From Planctomycetota bacterium (lineage in GTDB: Bacteria; Planctomycetota; B15-G4), in assembly GCA_965248575.1 (NCBI GenBank), contig CBDFJQ010000002.1:3808001-3872000 (forward strand): a stretch of DNA of 64,000 nt, written 5' to 3'. The notes below the pieces were generated by a model, which was not told the origin of the DNA, made no database searches, and was given only the letters and a program-made list of their open reading frames with translations. Positions 27,024-36,886 of this stretch are shown piece after piece; the first letter of the stretch is position 1; each line of letters opens with the position of its first letter. Position numbers and translations under genes: made by a program.

Positions 27024-27998
27024 TCAGAAACGAAGGCCAACGGCCAGGAAGATGCGATCGTCGAGGCCCAACTGCCTGCCGTCAACACGTTGGTGCAAAG
27101 GCAGGTCCACGGCGAGGCTGATATCAGCGGCCGGCGTCGGGTGCCAGCCGAGGCCCGTGCGCAGGAGGAGCGCGCTGGAGCCACTGTTGTGCAGTGAGCT
27201 GCCCGCTTGGTGGGCGCGACCCTCATGCCGCCACTGCAAGCCGACCTTGGCGCTGGCGGTGGGCCCCGGGTACTTGGTGTGCAGAAAGCGGTAGGCGGCG
27301 TCGATCTCGGCGGCGAAGAAGTCGCCCTTTTCGTAGCCCTGCGAGCCTCGGGTGTTGGCCTTGTAGAAGACTCGAGCGTCGTAGCGCTGCCGCCCCTGGC
27401 TGAGGATGCCGGACACCGCAAGGAAGGGATTCCAGGCGCCCGTTCCTGGCTGCAAGGGCGCCGGGAGGCGAGCACCCGCGTCCCACTCGGAGGTTTCGCC
27501 GGTGGGCGTTTCCGCTCCGCCGATCACGGAAACCTGGAAGGTCCCCTGCTTCCAGTCCTGTTTGTGCACGCGCCATTTGCCGAGCAGCGCCAGGTCACCC
27601 AGGCCGTCGCTGCGCAGGGTGCCCGCGCTGGACTTGAGGGTCTTGCTCACCCGCGGCAGCAGCATCGACAGGCTCATGCCGGTGGCTAGGCCATAGTCGA
27701 TACCGAGCACCGTGCGCTGTTCGATCCTGCGGCGATGCAGTGGGTCACTGGCGTGGCCACTGCCGTGGACCAGGTCCGTCTTGCGCTCGACGATGCGCGT
27801 CACGGACACGCGGACACCCTGGTCGAAGATGGTCTCGGCTGCGAAGACCTCGATGCCGCCGCTCTGGGCGATCGCGACGGGCTGTAGACCGAGCAGCGAG
27901 GCGCAGCAAATCAAGCAGCTCCATGCCGCCAGCCACGCACGGGAGCCCAGCTCCTCGAAGGAGCGGCGCGGGGGGGGCCAGCTGTCGAACGCGTGCAT
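27024..27998 (-). CDS. Outer-membrane beta-barrel 'transporter' (MetA-pathway/CopB-like porin type)
   Basis: Signal ..VAIA-Q; GLGDL.LLGKWR, TPTG, LQPGTG.W motifs; C-terminal Phe (GLRF). Confidence 0.75.
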   Translation of the reverse strand: MHAFDSWPPPRRSFEELGSRAWLAAWSCLICCASLLGLQPVAIAQSGGIEVFAAETIFDQGVRVSVTRIVERKTDLVHGSGHASDPLHRRRIEQRTVLGIDYGLATGMSLSMLLPRVSKTLKSSAGTLRSDGLGDLALLGKWRVHKQDWKQGTFQVSVIGGAETPTGETSEWDAGARLPAPLQPGTGAWNPFLAVSGILSQGRQRYDARVFYKANTRGSQGYEKGDFFAAEIDAAYRFLHTKYPGPTASAKVGLQWRHEGRAHQAGSSLHNSGSSALLLRTGLGWHPTPAADISLAVDLPLHQRVDGRQLGLDDRIFLAVGLRF

Positions 27999-28116
27999 CG
28001 GAGGGCTCGGGAGGGCAGGCCAAGAAGAAGCCGAACGGGCGCAGCCTCTCTTGGAGATTCTAGGGACCCCAGGTCCCGATGAAAGAGGGCATGGGACGAA
28101 GCTTGAGAACTGATGC

Positions 28117-29361
28117 ATGATGTTTCGTCCAGGAAGACGCACGACATCAACACCATCCTTGGAAGAAGAACGCATGGGGGCAGGACGACTGCTGGCCTTG
28201 GACCGCCTGCGCGGGCTGGTGATGGTGCTCATGGCGATCGATCACGCAGGCGCCTCCATGGACGGGACGCACTTCGCGACGGATTCAGCGCTCTTGTGGT
28301 CTCCCGGTGGCGAGATCCCCGGCGCCGCCTTCCTCACCCGCTGGATCACCCACTTCTGCGCGCCGACCTTCGTCTTCCTGGCCGGCGTGTCCATGGCCCT
28401 GAGCCGCCACGCCCGCAGCAGGCAGGCCCCAGGCCAGACGGCGGCCCAGCGGGCTGTGGACTGGTTCAACGTCAAGCGGGGCCTGTTCATCGCGGCCCTC
28501 GATCCGCTGCTCATCTCCGTGCTTTGGCTCATGGTGGGGCAGGACATGCTGGCGCTCCAGGTGCTCTACGCCATCGGCCTCGCGATGGTGGCCATGGTCT
28601 TCCTGCGACGGCTTCCTGCTGTCGTCGTGGTCGCCCTGGGTGCGCTCTACCTGGTGGGCTCCGAGTGGCTCGTGACGCAGACCGTGGGTGCTTTGAATTG
28701 GGGCGCCCCGCTTTGGTCGGGGCTGCTGCAAGCTCCCTTCTATTGGCCCGATGCGCTGGAGCTTGGGGGAGAGTCCTTCGCAGTCGCCAACGTCTACCCG
28801 CTTTTGCCGTGGTTGGCGATGATGATGTTGGGTTGGGCGTTCGGCCGACGCCTGCTGAAGCTGCGGCGAGCCGAGCGCTCTGCTGTTCCCACGCTCCTGG
28901 GTTGCGGGCTCGCCGGCCTGGCTCTCTTCGCGCTGGTGCGTGGCCTGAACGGCTACGGCAACATGTTCCTGCTGCGCGACGACAGCAGCTGGGCCCATTG
29001 GCTGCACGTCAGCAAGTACCCGCCGAGCCTCTCCTACACGGCCTTGACCCTCGGTGGCATGGCCCTTGGCTTGGCAGGTCTCTTGCGGCTGGAGGAACGG
29101 GGCGTGCTGAAGGCTGGGTCAGGCAACGGCCCGCTGGTGGTGTTGGGGCAGACGGCGATGTTCTTCTACGTGGCGCACTTCGTCTTGATCCTGGGCTTCG
29201 CTCGCCTGTCCGGCATGGCCACGGGGCTCGGTGAAGAGGGCGGGGGGCTCGCTTCAGCATGGTGGGGCGGGCTCGGCGCCAGCGCGTTGCTATATTTTCC
29301 GTGTCGGGCCTACCGCACCTGGAAGCGTGCCCAGCCCGACGGATGGGCACGCTACGTCTGA
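28117..29361 (+). CDS. DUF1624/HGSNAT-like membrane protein (alternative start 28174)
   Basis: DRLRGLVMVLMAIDH, TRWITHFCAP.FVFLAG, KYPPSL. Confidence 0.88.
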   Translation: MMFRPGRRTTSTPSLEEERMGAGRLLALDRLRGLVMVLMAIDHAGASMDGTHFATDSALLWSPGGEIPGAAFLTRWITHFCAPTFVFLAGVSMALSRHARSRQAPGQTAAQRAVDWFNVKRGLFIAALDPLLISVLWLMVGQDMLALQVLYAIGLAMVAMVFLRRLPAVVVVALGALYLVGSEWLVTQTVGALNWGAPLWSGLLQAPFYWPDALELGGESFAVANVYPLLPWLAMMMLGWAFGRRLLKLRRAERSAVPTLLGCGLAGLALFALVRGLNGYGNMFLLRDDSSWAHWLHVSKYPPSLSYTALTLGGMALGLAGLLRLEERGVLKAGSGNGPLVVLGQTAMFFYVAHFVLILGFARLSGMATGLGEEGGGLASAWWGGLGASALLYFPCRAYRTWKRAQPDGWARYV

Positions 29362-29400
29362 GCCTGCCCTCGACAGGCCGACCCTTCTGGAGACATCGTG

Positions 29401-30012
29401 ATGTGGAAACTCGTTTTAGCACCCGTGCTTTGCATGGGTGTGCTGCTGCAAGACTCCCAGCCGGTCGTCGCCGACGACATGACGGCTGAAGCGCGTGCGT
29501 CCGCTGGCAGCACTGCCGGACGGCCTGAAGATGACATCAGCAGCTGGGTCGAGACCACGACGAGCGGTGATCTCCTCTTGGTGGAAGAGGTCTGGATCGA
29601 GGCGTCGCTGGAGGCGGTCTGGAATGCCTACACCACCAGCGCTGGTTGGGAGGGATGGGCTGCGCCGACCGCTGACGTGGACCTGCGTGTGGGCGGCTTG
29701 ATCCGCACCAACTACTCCCCGGGCGCGAGTCTGGAGGATGAAGACACCAACACCCTGCACATCCTCAACTACGCGCCCCAGGCCCTGCTCACCTTGCGCG
29801 CGGAATTGCAGAAGAACTGGCCTGAGATCATGCAGGAGGACGCCGAGCGGCTCACCAACACGATCCTCTTCGAGAGCATGGGGCCGCAGCTCACGCGGTT
29901 GCGTTCCTACGGTATGGGCTATCGCGACACGCCCGACTACAAGCGCCTCATGGGTTTCTTCATCTCAGCCAACGCGGGCCTCTACAAGGTGCTCAAGGCA
30001 CACCTGGAGTAG
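29401..30012 (+). CDS. SRPBCC domain protein with signal peptide
   Basis: I.A..E.VW.A.TT..G...W..DLRVGG. Confidence 0.82.
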   Translation: MWKLVLAPVLCMGVLLQDSQPVVADDMTAEARASAGSTAGRPEDDISSWVETTTSGDLLLVEEVWIEASLEAVWNAYTTSAGWEGWAAPTADVDLRVGGLIRTNYSPGASLEDEDTNTLHILNYAPQALLTLRAELQKNWPEIMQEDAERLTNTILFESMGPQLTRLRSYGMGYRDTPDYKRLMGFFISANAGLYKVLKAHLE

Positions 30013-30141
30013 GAGAGGCCTCACCTGCGTATGCTTCGGAGGGGCGAGCAGGGGCATGCTATGGAGTGTCCTCCCTGAGTCGGAAGCGCGCGCCAGCGCG
30101 CTGCATCGACGCCGCGGCCGTGAGCCATCGAGAGAACGTGC

Positions 30142-31335
30142 ATGTCTGACAGTGACCAGGACCCGCAACGCCCCCAGCCCGAGTTGATCGAGGTCGGACA
30201 GGGTCCCTTTGGAGAGCGCGCGACTTCCGGCAACGCTGGACCTCCCCAGCGCAACCTCTCACCCGAGATGGCCGACGAGCTGGAGTTCCTGCTCTCGTTG
30301 CGCCAGGTGACGCCGCGGGTCATCTACTCGCACCTGCTGTTCGGCTTGAATGTGGGCGTCTTCGCCATCCTGGTGCTGGTGTTCGGCGTGCCGCTCATGC
30401 AGCCCGGCGCTCAGGATCTGCTGCCCTTCGGTGCGAACTTCACGCCCTACACCCGGGACGGCGAATGGTGGCGGTTGTTCACGTGCATGTTCCTGCACTA
30501 TGGGTTGATCCACATCGCCTTCAACATGTGGGTGCTGCGCCAGGTGGGGCCCCTGGTGGAACGGATGCTGGGCAACACCGGTTTCCTGGTGACCTACCTG
30601 GCGTCCGGCTTGTTGGGCAGCCTCACCAGCGCGTGGTGGAACCCTGGCTCGGTGAGCGCCGGCGCCTCGGGTGCCATCTTCGGCATCATCGGTGCGCTCG
30701 TGGGCACTCTGTTGCTCGGGCAGGGCGTCATCCCGCGCGCGACCCTGGCCCGCTTGCGCAAGAGCCTGGGCACCTTCTTGATGCTCAACATCGTGCTCGG
30801 GATGTCCGTGCCGAGCATTGGCATGGCAGCCCATATGGGTGGGCTCGTCGGCGGCCTGGTGTGCGGCGTGATCATGATGCGCCCAGACATCCTGCTCAGC
30901 TCCGAGGGGCGCGGCGCGCGCAACCTGCTGGCGGCGGCCCTGTGCGGCCTCGGCATGGTCTGGATGTTGGTTGCCCTGCCTGAGAAGGGCGGCGAAGTGA
31001 CGCGAGTGCTCCTGGAGTTCGATCTCCAGCAAGCCCAGAACGCCGAGGAGCTCCAGGCGGCCGTGGAAGACCGGCAGGCCGATCGTCTGGACGACGAAAG
31101 CCTGGCGAGCATCGTCGAGGCCCTGGCCCTCAACGATCGCCGTTCGCAGGAAGAGTTGGACGCCCTGCGCACGGGGGAGTTCCAACTCGAGGATGGGCTC
31201 GAAGCACAGCTCGTCGTGGTCAGCCGAAAGCTGACGGATCGGGTGGAGGCGTTTGAGATCCTGGTGCGAGCCCTGCGCACCGGCGATGAACTCACGGTGG
31301 AGCAGTGGTTCAAGTCCCTGAACGACTCGCCATGA
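30142..31335 (+). CDS. Rhomboid family intramembrane serine protease
   Basis: EWWRLFT, H..FN, GASG, AHMGG. Confidence 0.93.
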   Translation: MSDSDQDPQRPQPELIEVGQGPFGERATSGNAGPPQRNLSPEMADELEFLLSLRQVTPRVIYSHLLFGLNVGVFAILVLVFGVPLMQPGAQDLLPFGANFTPYTRDGEWWRLFTCMFLHYGLIHIAFNMWVLRQVGPLVERMLGNTGFLVTYLASGLLGSLTSAWWNPGSVSAGASGAIFGIIGALVGTLLLGQGVIPRATLARLRKSLGTFLMLNIVLGMSVPSIGMAAHMGGLVGGLVCGVIMMRPDILLSSEGRGARNLLAAALCGLGMVWMLVALPEKGGEVTRVLLEFDLQQAQNAEELQAAVEDRQADRLDDESLASIVEALALNDRRSQEELDALRTGEFQLEDGLEAQLVVVSRKLTDRVEAFEILVRALRTGDELTVEQWFKSLNDSP

Positions 31336-33002
31336 GGGCGTCGGCCTTCGTCCTGCTCACCATCATGGTGGTCGTCGGTGTGGGCTGGCTGTGGATGGGT
31401 ACTGGCTTGGACGTCGAGCTCGCAGAGCGGGTGCCGGGCGCCACCCAGCCACCTCGATACGAGATGGCCTTGCCGCTGGGCTATGACCAGCCTCTCGTCG
31501 TGACGAAGGACGCACGCCCGCTCGAGACACCGGAGCAGGGGAGTCAGGCTGCACCGATGTCAACGGAGCTGGTGCAGGACAAGCCACAGGCCCTTCGTTA
31601 TCTGGTGCGGGTCATCGACGAAGCGGGGCGGGCGCTGCCCGACGCCTTCATGTTCGACTCGTCGACCCGCCGGCGTGGCGGGAATGCTGGGCGGCCCTCG
31701 CCCACTTCGGACGCGCAGGGGCTCATGGAATGGACGACCCAGCAGCGGGCCAACGAGCAGGGTCCAGCTGGCTTCACGGTGGCCGCGCCCATGCACCGGC
31801 CGGTGAATTTCCTCGTGAAGGAGATGGTGGGCTCACCACACGTGGTCGTGCTGTCGAGAGTGGCCGTACTCGAAGTGCGGCTGGACGTGCGTAGCCAACC
31901 GAGCCCGAGGTTCCTGATGGTGACCCTGAGTTCGCCCGGCAACATCTATGAACACGCCGACTTCGGGTTCGACTCTCCAGCCCGGGAGAAGTTGGGTGTC
32001 GATGGAACGACCATCGTCGGAGCGGACGGATCGATGGAGGTCTTGCTTCCGCGTTCCTCGACTCCCGCTGGCGACTGGGTCTTCGTGGTCCCGGGTCTCG
32101 CGCCGGATGTCGAGATCCAGGTTTCGGTGCAGGGTGCTGGGGGTGAAAACGTGGACACGGCCCTGGTGCGGATGCTCCCCGGAGAGCATCGCGTGGTCAG
32201 CATGGTGGTGGATCAGCCGCTTCGCAGCCTCTCGGGGCGGGTGACGTCAACAGCTGGTCTCCCGATCCAGGGCGCGCGCGTGTTCATCTGGCCCGAGAAC
32301 GGGCAGCCGGGCCGCTACTTCTGGAAGACGACCGACGAGGACGGGCGCTACGAGTTGCCCGAGGTGTTGGCCTCCTTCGTGACCTTGCAGGTGACGTGCG
32401 AAGGCTATGCGCAGTACGAGCGGGAGGGTGTCTCGCTCGAGGCTGGCGGCGTGCCTGACGTGTTGTTGCAGCCCGAGACACCCTTCACCCTGCGCATCGT
32501 GCACGCGGGTGATGGTCTGCCCGCGTACACCGCAAAGATCAGCACGCGATGGAAGGGTCTCACGGGGGGCAGGGCCGAATGGCTGGGAGAAGGAACGTGG
32601 AACATCCCGGGCTTGCCTGATCGTCCCGTGGACATCCATGTCTATTTCCGTGGCACCGACTACGTGCTGACGCGCGAGCCGGGTCAACGAGAGGCCGTGC
32701 TGGAAGTCGAGGACACGGCGCAGGTGAGCGTGACGGGCTTGTTTCCCACGTCGAACCAGTCCGTGGGTGAGGTCGTGGCGCGTCGGCTCGGCGATTCGAA
32801 TCAACTGGAGATCGAAGGGGTCGGCCAGAACGAGCCAGGGTCCTCCATGGAGCTGTGGGTGATCACCCTGCCTGAAGTGCCTGCCGGTTCGTGGGAGGTG
32901 CTCTATCGGTCCGGGATGGATGAAGAGCTGGTGTTCGCCAGAGCGCAGTTCATCACGCTGGGCTCCCAGCCACAGACCGTGACCCTGATCCGGGAACCCT
33001 AG
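31332..33002 (+). CDS. Membrane-anchored carboxypeptidase-regulatory-like (beta-sandwich) domain protein
   Basis: N-terminal TM; LSGRV...G.PI.GA.V..TTDEDGRY; ATGA overlap with the rhomboid gene. Confidence 0.75.
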   Translation: MRASAFVLLTIMVVVGVGWLWMGTGLDVELAERVPGATQPPRYEMALPLGYDQPLVVTKDARPLETPEQGSQAAPMSTELVQDKPQALRYLVRVIDEAGRALPDAFMFDSSTRRRGGNAGRPSPTSDAQGLMEWTTQQRANEQGPAGFTVAAPMHRPVNFLVKEMVGSPHVVVLSRVAVLEVRLDVRSQPSPRFLMVTLSSPGNIYEHADFGFDSPAREKLGVDGTTIVGADGSMEVLLPRSSTPAGDWVFVVPGLAPDVEIQVSVQGAGGENVDTALVRMLPGEHRVVSMVVDQPLRSLSGRVTSTAGLPIQGARVFIWPENGQPGRYFWKTTDEDGRYELPEVLASFVTLQVTCEGYAQYEREGVSLEAGGVPDVLLQPETPFTLRIVHAGDGLPAYTAKISTRWKGLTGGRAEWLGEGTWNIPGLPDRPVDIHVYFRGTDYVLTREPGQREAVLEVEDTAQVSVTGLFPTSNQSVGEVVARRLGDSNQLEIEGVGQNEPGSSMELWVITLPEVPAGSWEVLYRSGMDEELVFARAQFITLGSQPQTVTLIREP

Positions 33003-34717
33003 CGCTTGTCTTGCAACTCCTGCAGGGCGTCCCGCGCTGCCTGCGACTCCAACGGCTGGGGCCGGCTGAGCTGTTCATACAGCTGCACGGCTTCGCTCAG
33101 GTGCTCCTCGGCCCGCGCATCACCCAGCGCCGCTCGGGCGCTGCCCAGCAAGAACTGGATCTGCGCGTGGCCGCGGATTCCCAGGGCGATCGGCAGGGCG
33201 CCGAGCTCTTCGGCCCGCTCAAGATGTGGTAGCGCGAGCTGCGCCTGGCCGCTTTCCAAGGCAAGGCGGCCCAGGCTCATGCGCACGATGGCTTCGGCCT
33301 CCGGGTCGTCGCGCAGTTGTTCGTCGATTTGAGTCAGCAAGGCCGGGTTCGTCAAGGCGGCCAGGGCATCGAAGGTCCCGGCGGCGGCGTTGTCGATTAG
33401 CAAGCCCTCCATGAAGTGGGCTGCCAGGCGCGCTTCGCTGTGGGCGCCCCAACCGCGCGAGGCGTGTTGGACCGCTTGTTGTTTGCCGAACCATGTGCCG
33501 ACGAGTCCCGCGGCGAGCAGGATGATCAGGCCTGCTGCGGACCCCACCGCGAGGCGATGATTTCGGGCGAATCGTCTTGCCCGTTCCCAGCGGGTGCCGC
33601 GATGTGCGGACACCCCTTCGCCCCCCAACCAGCAACGCAGGTCGTGGGCCAGGGACTCGGCAGAGCGGTAGCGTCGGGACGCCTCGGGCTGGGTCGCCTT
33701 GTGAATCACGGCGTCGAGGTCGCCCCGCAGCCGGCGCGCCCAGGCGCGACTCTCCGGACCGCCTGCGACGGCGCTTGCGGATGGCAGCGGGTCGTCCACC
33801 CCTGCCAGCACCTCGCTCACGGTGTCGCCGAGTCGGGCGGGGCGCTCTGTCAGCAACTCGAAGAGGATCAGGCCCAGGGCGTGGACATCGGTGGAGACCG
33901 CCCCGCGCTCCTGGCGCAGTTGCTCGGGGCTTGCGTAGCGGGGGGTCAGCGGTGCAGGGGATTGGGTGATGTCGGTCTGCGCCCCACCGTGCGTCGGGTG
34001 CAGCAAGGTGGCGACGCCGAAGTCGAGGAGCTTGGGTGTGCCCTGGGCGCTCACCAGGATGTTCGAGGGCTTGAGGTCGCGGTGCAGCACGAGATTCTGA
34101 TGCGCGAACTGCACGGCTCCGCAGATCTGGAGGAAGAGCTCCAGGCGCGCCCGGAGTCCGAGCGCGTGCGCCGCCTGGAGCAGGCCCCTGCCATCCACGT
34201 GTTCCATCACCAGGCACGGGCGGCCGTCGGGCAGGCTGCCGGCGTCAAGGAAGCCGACGATGTGCTCGTGACGCAAGGCGGCCAGGGTTTCCTGTTCGCG
34301 TTGAAAGCGTGCGAGCAGGGTGTCGGTGTCGAGCCCGCGCTTGAGGATCTTCACCGCCACCGTGTGGCGCGCGCTGCCGGCCTGACGTTCCGCGAGATAG
34401 ACATGACCCATGCCCCCCGAGGAGAGGCGCTCAAGCAGGACGCACCCGCAGACCGTCGTGCCGAGCAACGGGTCGGCTGCCTCGGACGGAGTTGAAGTTG
34501 GGAGCTCGCCTTCCAGGACCGCCACGGCGCTTGTGTCGAGCACGGAGGTTTCCGTGTCTGCCGCATCGAGCAGTCGCTGCACCTGAGTGCCGATGGAGTC
34601 TGCGTCCTGACCCGCTTGCACTCTCGCCAGCGCTGCACGTCGCTGGGCGGGTTCGAGATCGACCGTCTGTTCGAAGAGCTGGCGCACTTCGGCCCAGCGC
34701 TCGTGATAGGCGCTCAT
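32999..34717 (-). CDS. Hanks-type Ser/Thr protein kinase with TM and TPR-like C-terminus
   Basis: GGMG.VY, VAVK, HRDLKPSN, DFG, YASPEQ. Confidence 0.95.
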   Translation of the reverse strand: MSAYHERWAEVRQLFEQTVDLEPAQRRAALARVQAGQDADSIGTQVQRLLDAADTETSVLDTSAVAVLEGELPTSTPSEAADPLLGTTVCGCVLLERLSSGGMGHVYLAERQAGSARHTVAVKILKRGLDTDTLLARFQREQETLAALRHEHIVGFLDAGSLPDGRPCLVMEHVDGRGLLQAAHALGLRARLELFLQICGAVQFAHQNLVLHRDLKPSNILVSAQGTPKLLDFGVATLLHPTHGGAQTDITQSPAPLTPRYASPEQLRQERGAVSTDVHALGLILFELLTERPARLGDTVSEVLAGVDDPLPSASAVAGGPESRAWARRLRGDLDAVIHKATQPEASRRYRSAESLAHDLRCWLGGEGVSAHRGTRWERARRFARNHRLAVGSAAGLIILLAAGLVGTWFGKQQAVQHASRGWGAHSEARLAAHFMEGLLIDNAAAGTFDALAALTNPALLTQIDEQLRDDPEAEAIVRMSLGRLALESGQAQLALPHLERAEELGALPIALGIRGHAQIQFLLGSARAALGDARAEEHLSEAVQLYEQLSRPQPLESQAARDALQELQDKR

Positions 34718-35274
34718 GCTGTGGACCCCACGGGGTCGTCGAAGGCCGTGAGCAGGAAGGCTCGGGCGAGTTTCCAACGGCGATTCATGGTGCGCAGGGA
34801 GAGCCCCCGGAGATCGGCGACCTCCTGCAGGCTGTGTCCTCCGAAGAATCGGAGCTCCACCACTTCGGCCAGTTCGGCGTCCAGTTCGGCAAGGTCGCGC
34901 AGGGCGTCGTCCACTTCGAGCACGAAGGCCGAACCGCTGGGCGCCAGCTGGTCCGGGTCGATGCCCGCCTCGTGCCGACGGACATCACGCTTGGCCGTCG
35001 TGCGGCGTCGGGCGTGGTCCGTGAGTACGCGGCGCATGATATGGCTCGCCAAGAGGTGCTCGTCGTGAGGGTCGAGCTGCGCATCGTTCGAGCGCCCTTT
35101 CTTCCAGGCGTCCAGGCGCAGCCAGGCTTCGTGCACGAGGGCTGTGGGTTGCAGGGTGTGGTCTACGCGCTCGACAGCCAGGAAGCGTTCCGCGGTGTCG
35201 CGCAGCCGGGCGTAGACGTCGGCGCGGAGCTCGGCGTCGCGGTGGGGCTGCGGCTGCTGGTGCGTGTCGGGAAT
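34714..35274 (-). CDS. ECF sigma factor (planctomycete kinase-associated type); start probably non-canonical ATT at 35274
   Basis: VYARLR..A..HTLQPTALVHEAWLRL, MRRVL.DHAR, VVELRFFGG; frame is open upstream of the track's GTG as far as the TAG at 35275-35277. Confidence 0.85.
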   Translation of the reverse strand: MPDTHQQPQPHRDAELRADVYARLRDTAERFLAVERVDHTLQPTALVHEAWLRLDAWKKGRSNDAQLDPHDEHLLASHIMRRVLTDHARRRTTAKRDVRRHEAGIDPDQLAPSGSAFVLEVDDALRDLAELDAELAEVVELRFFGGHSLQEVADLRGLSLRTMNRRWKLARAFLLTAFDDPVGSTA

Positions 35275-36756
35275 CTAGGTCGCCCCGCGGTCCTTGAGAA
35301 ATCGAACCATCTCGTCCTTGCCACGAAGCTCGGCGGCCTGCAACAGGCTCAGCCCCGCGCGATCGACCTTGTATCCTACGACGTGTAGGTCGGCGCCCTT
35401 TTCGATCAGAAAGGCGGCCAGGTCGATCTGCCCCCGTTGGGCCGCTTCCCAGAGACCGGTCGACCCCAGGGTGTCCTGGTCTATGGGGGCGCCGTGATCC
35501 AGCAGCAACTGGGCGGCTTCGATGCTGCCCTGCCCGATGGCCGGGTAGAGCATGGGCGCGAAGTCATGGGGCCCGCGCTCATGGATCGCGTTGGGGTGCT
35601 GCTTCAGGATGGTGGCTGCCCGGTCGAGCCTGCCCACGGAGATGGCGGTGCACAAGGACATGGGTGCGCCGTGGTCCAACAGGTAGTTGATGTTGTCGCG
35701 GAAGCCGGTGTGTCCGCAGGCTTCGACGGCGAGTTCGTCCTGGGTCGAGCGGCAGAAGGCTCGCCGAGGGTCTGGGTCCACCAGGCTGCGCAACGTGGAA
35801 TGGTCGAAGTGGGCAGGGCTGGTGACGGCGCCGTGTTCTTCGCGACCGAGGTCCGAAAGGTCCGGCCACTGCACGTCCCCGCCGTCAACGTCCCAAGCGT
35901 AGCGGGTGCTCATGTCGTCGCGCGGCACGCGCTCGGGGTGGCGCAGGAGGTCGGCCACCTCGGCATGCCCATGCGCCTCGGCCATCTGGAGCGGATTTCG
36001 ACCCCGTGCATCCCGCGCGCTGAGGTCTGCGCCCCGGCGCATGAGGTAGCGCACGATGGGCAACTCGCCGCGTCGCGCCGCGGCGTGCAGGAGGGTGTCG
36101 CCCGCGCGCTGGGGAGCGTTGACGTGTGCGCCGTTGCTGAGCAGCTCCACCGAGGAGCACAGGGCGCGCCTGGGCGAGGCGCAGTGCACGGCGCCATAGG
36201 CAGGCGTGACGCCGTTGCGTCCAAGCGGGTTGCCGTCTGCATGGGCGCCCGCCGACTGCAGCTGGTACAGGGAGCCATGGCCGGCAAGGGCGCCCGCGTA
36301 GAGCGCGGTGCCGCCCACCGGGTGCCACGTCTCCAAGCAGGTGGGGTCTGCGGTCCAGAGCGCTTGCGCCTTCTCCCAATCGGGGATCATCACGGCTTCA
36401 ATCAGATCGATGGGTGGCTCGTGCTCCAGCAAGGCGGTGACGACGGCGCCATGCCCGCCACTGGCGGCCAGCACGAGAGCTGAGCGGCCGTCGCTGTGGG
36501 TCGCGGCAGCAAGCTCGGAGTGGGAGCGGAGGGCTTCCCGAACCTCGCCCTCCCGGCCGTGGGCCACCGCGTCCAGGAAGGCGTCCCGCAGGGCAGGTGG
36601 AATCTCGTCCCGCTTCGGATTCGAACCGAGGTTGCCGGCGGCCCCTTGGGCGACCTTGGTTCCGGCCAGGGGTGCGCAGCCCACGAGGGCGGCGGCCCCG
36701 ATGCTGGACCAGGCGGCGGCGCGGGTCAGGAAGTCACGGCGGGTGGCGGGGGGCAT
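35275..36756 (-). CDS. Tat-exported ankyrin repeat (lipo)protein
   Basis: TRRDFL twin-arginine motif, LVGC lipobox; ankyrin repeats (GDTLLHAAARRG..GAD). Confidence 0.85.
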   Translation of the reverse strand: MPPATRRDFLTRAAAWSSIGAAALVGCAPLAGTKVAQGAAGNLGSNPKRDEIPPALRDAFLDAVAHGREGEVREALRSHSELAAATHSDGRSALVLAASGGHGAVVTALLEHEPPIDLIEAVMIPDWEKAQALWTADPTCLETWHPVGGTALYAGALAGHGSLYQLQSAGAHADGNPLGRNGVTPAYGAVHCASPRRALCSSVELLSNGAHVNAPQRAGDTLLHAAARRGELPIVRYLMRRGADLSARDARGRNPLQMAEAHGHAEVADLLRHPERVPRDDMSTRYAWDVDGGDVQWPDLSDLGREEHGAVTSPAHFDHSTLRSLVDPDPRRAFCRSTQDELAVEACGHTGFRDNINYLLDHGAPMSLCTAISVGRLDRAATILKQHPNAIHERGPHDFAPMLYPAIGQGSIEAAQLLLDHGAPIDQDTLGSTGLWEAAQRGQIDLAAFLIEKGADLHVVGYKVDRAGLSLLQAAELRGKDEMVRFLKDRGAT

Positions 36757-36886
36757 GGGCAGCTCCAGAGGGTGTCTGTCCCTGTAAGCGCGAGCGGCGC
36801 GCGATTCGTGCCACGGGAATTCCGGCCGCCCTCGAGAGCCCAGCTGACCTCTGGTCACTTGGGCTGGCTGTGTCATGATTGCAGGG

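Noticed and set aside
27970..27977. G8 run as a phase-variation site in the barrel gene leader
   Set aside because: Short for a high-GC genome, and the frame is intact
30142..31335. Rhombosortase for the RHS GSG-TM-RRRK tail
   Set aside because: Ordinary GASG/WR rhomboid, about 16 kb from the RHS gene; nothing links them
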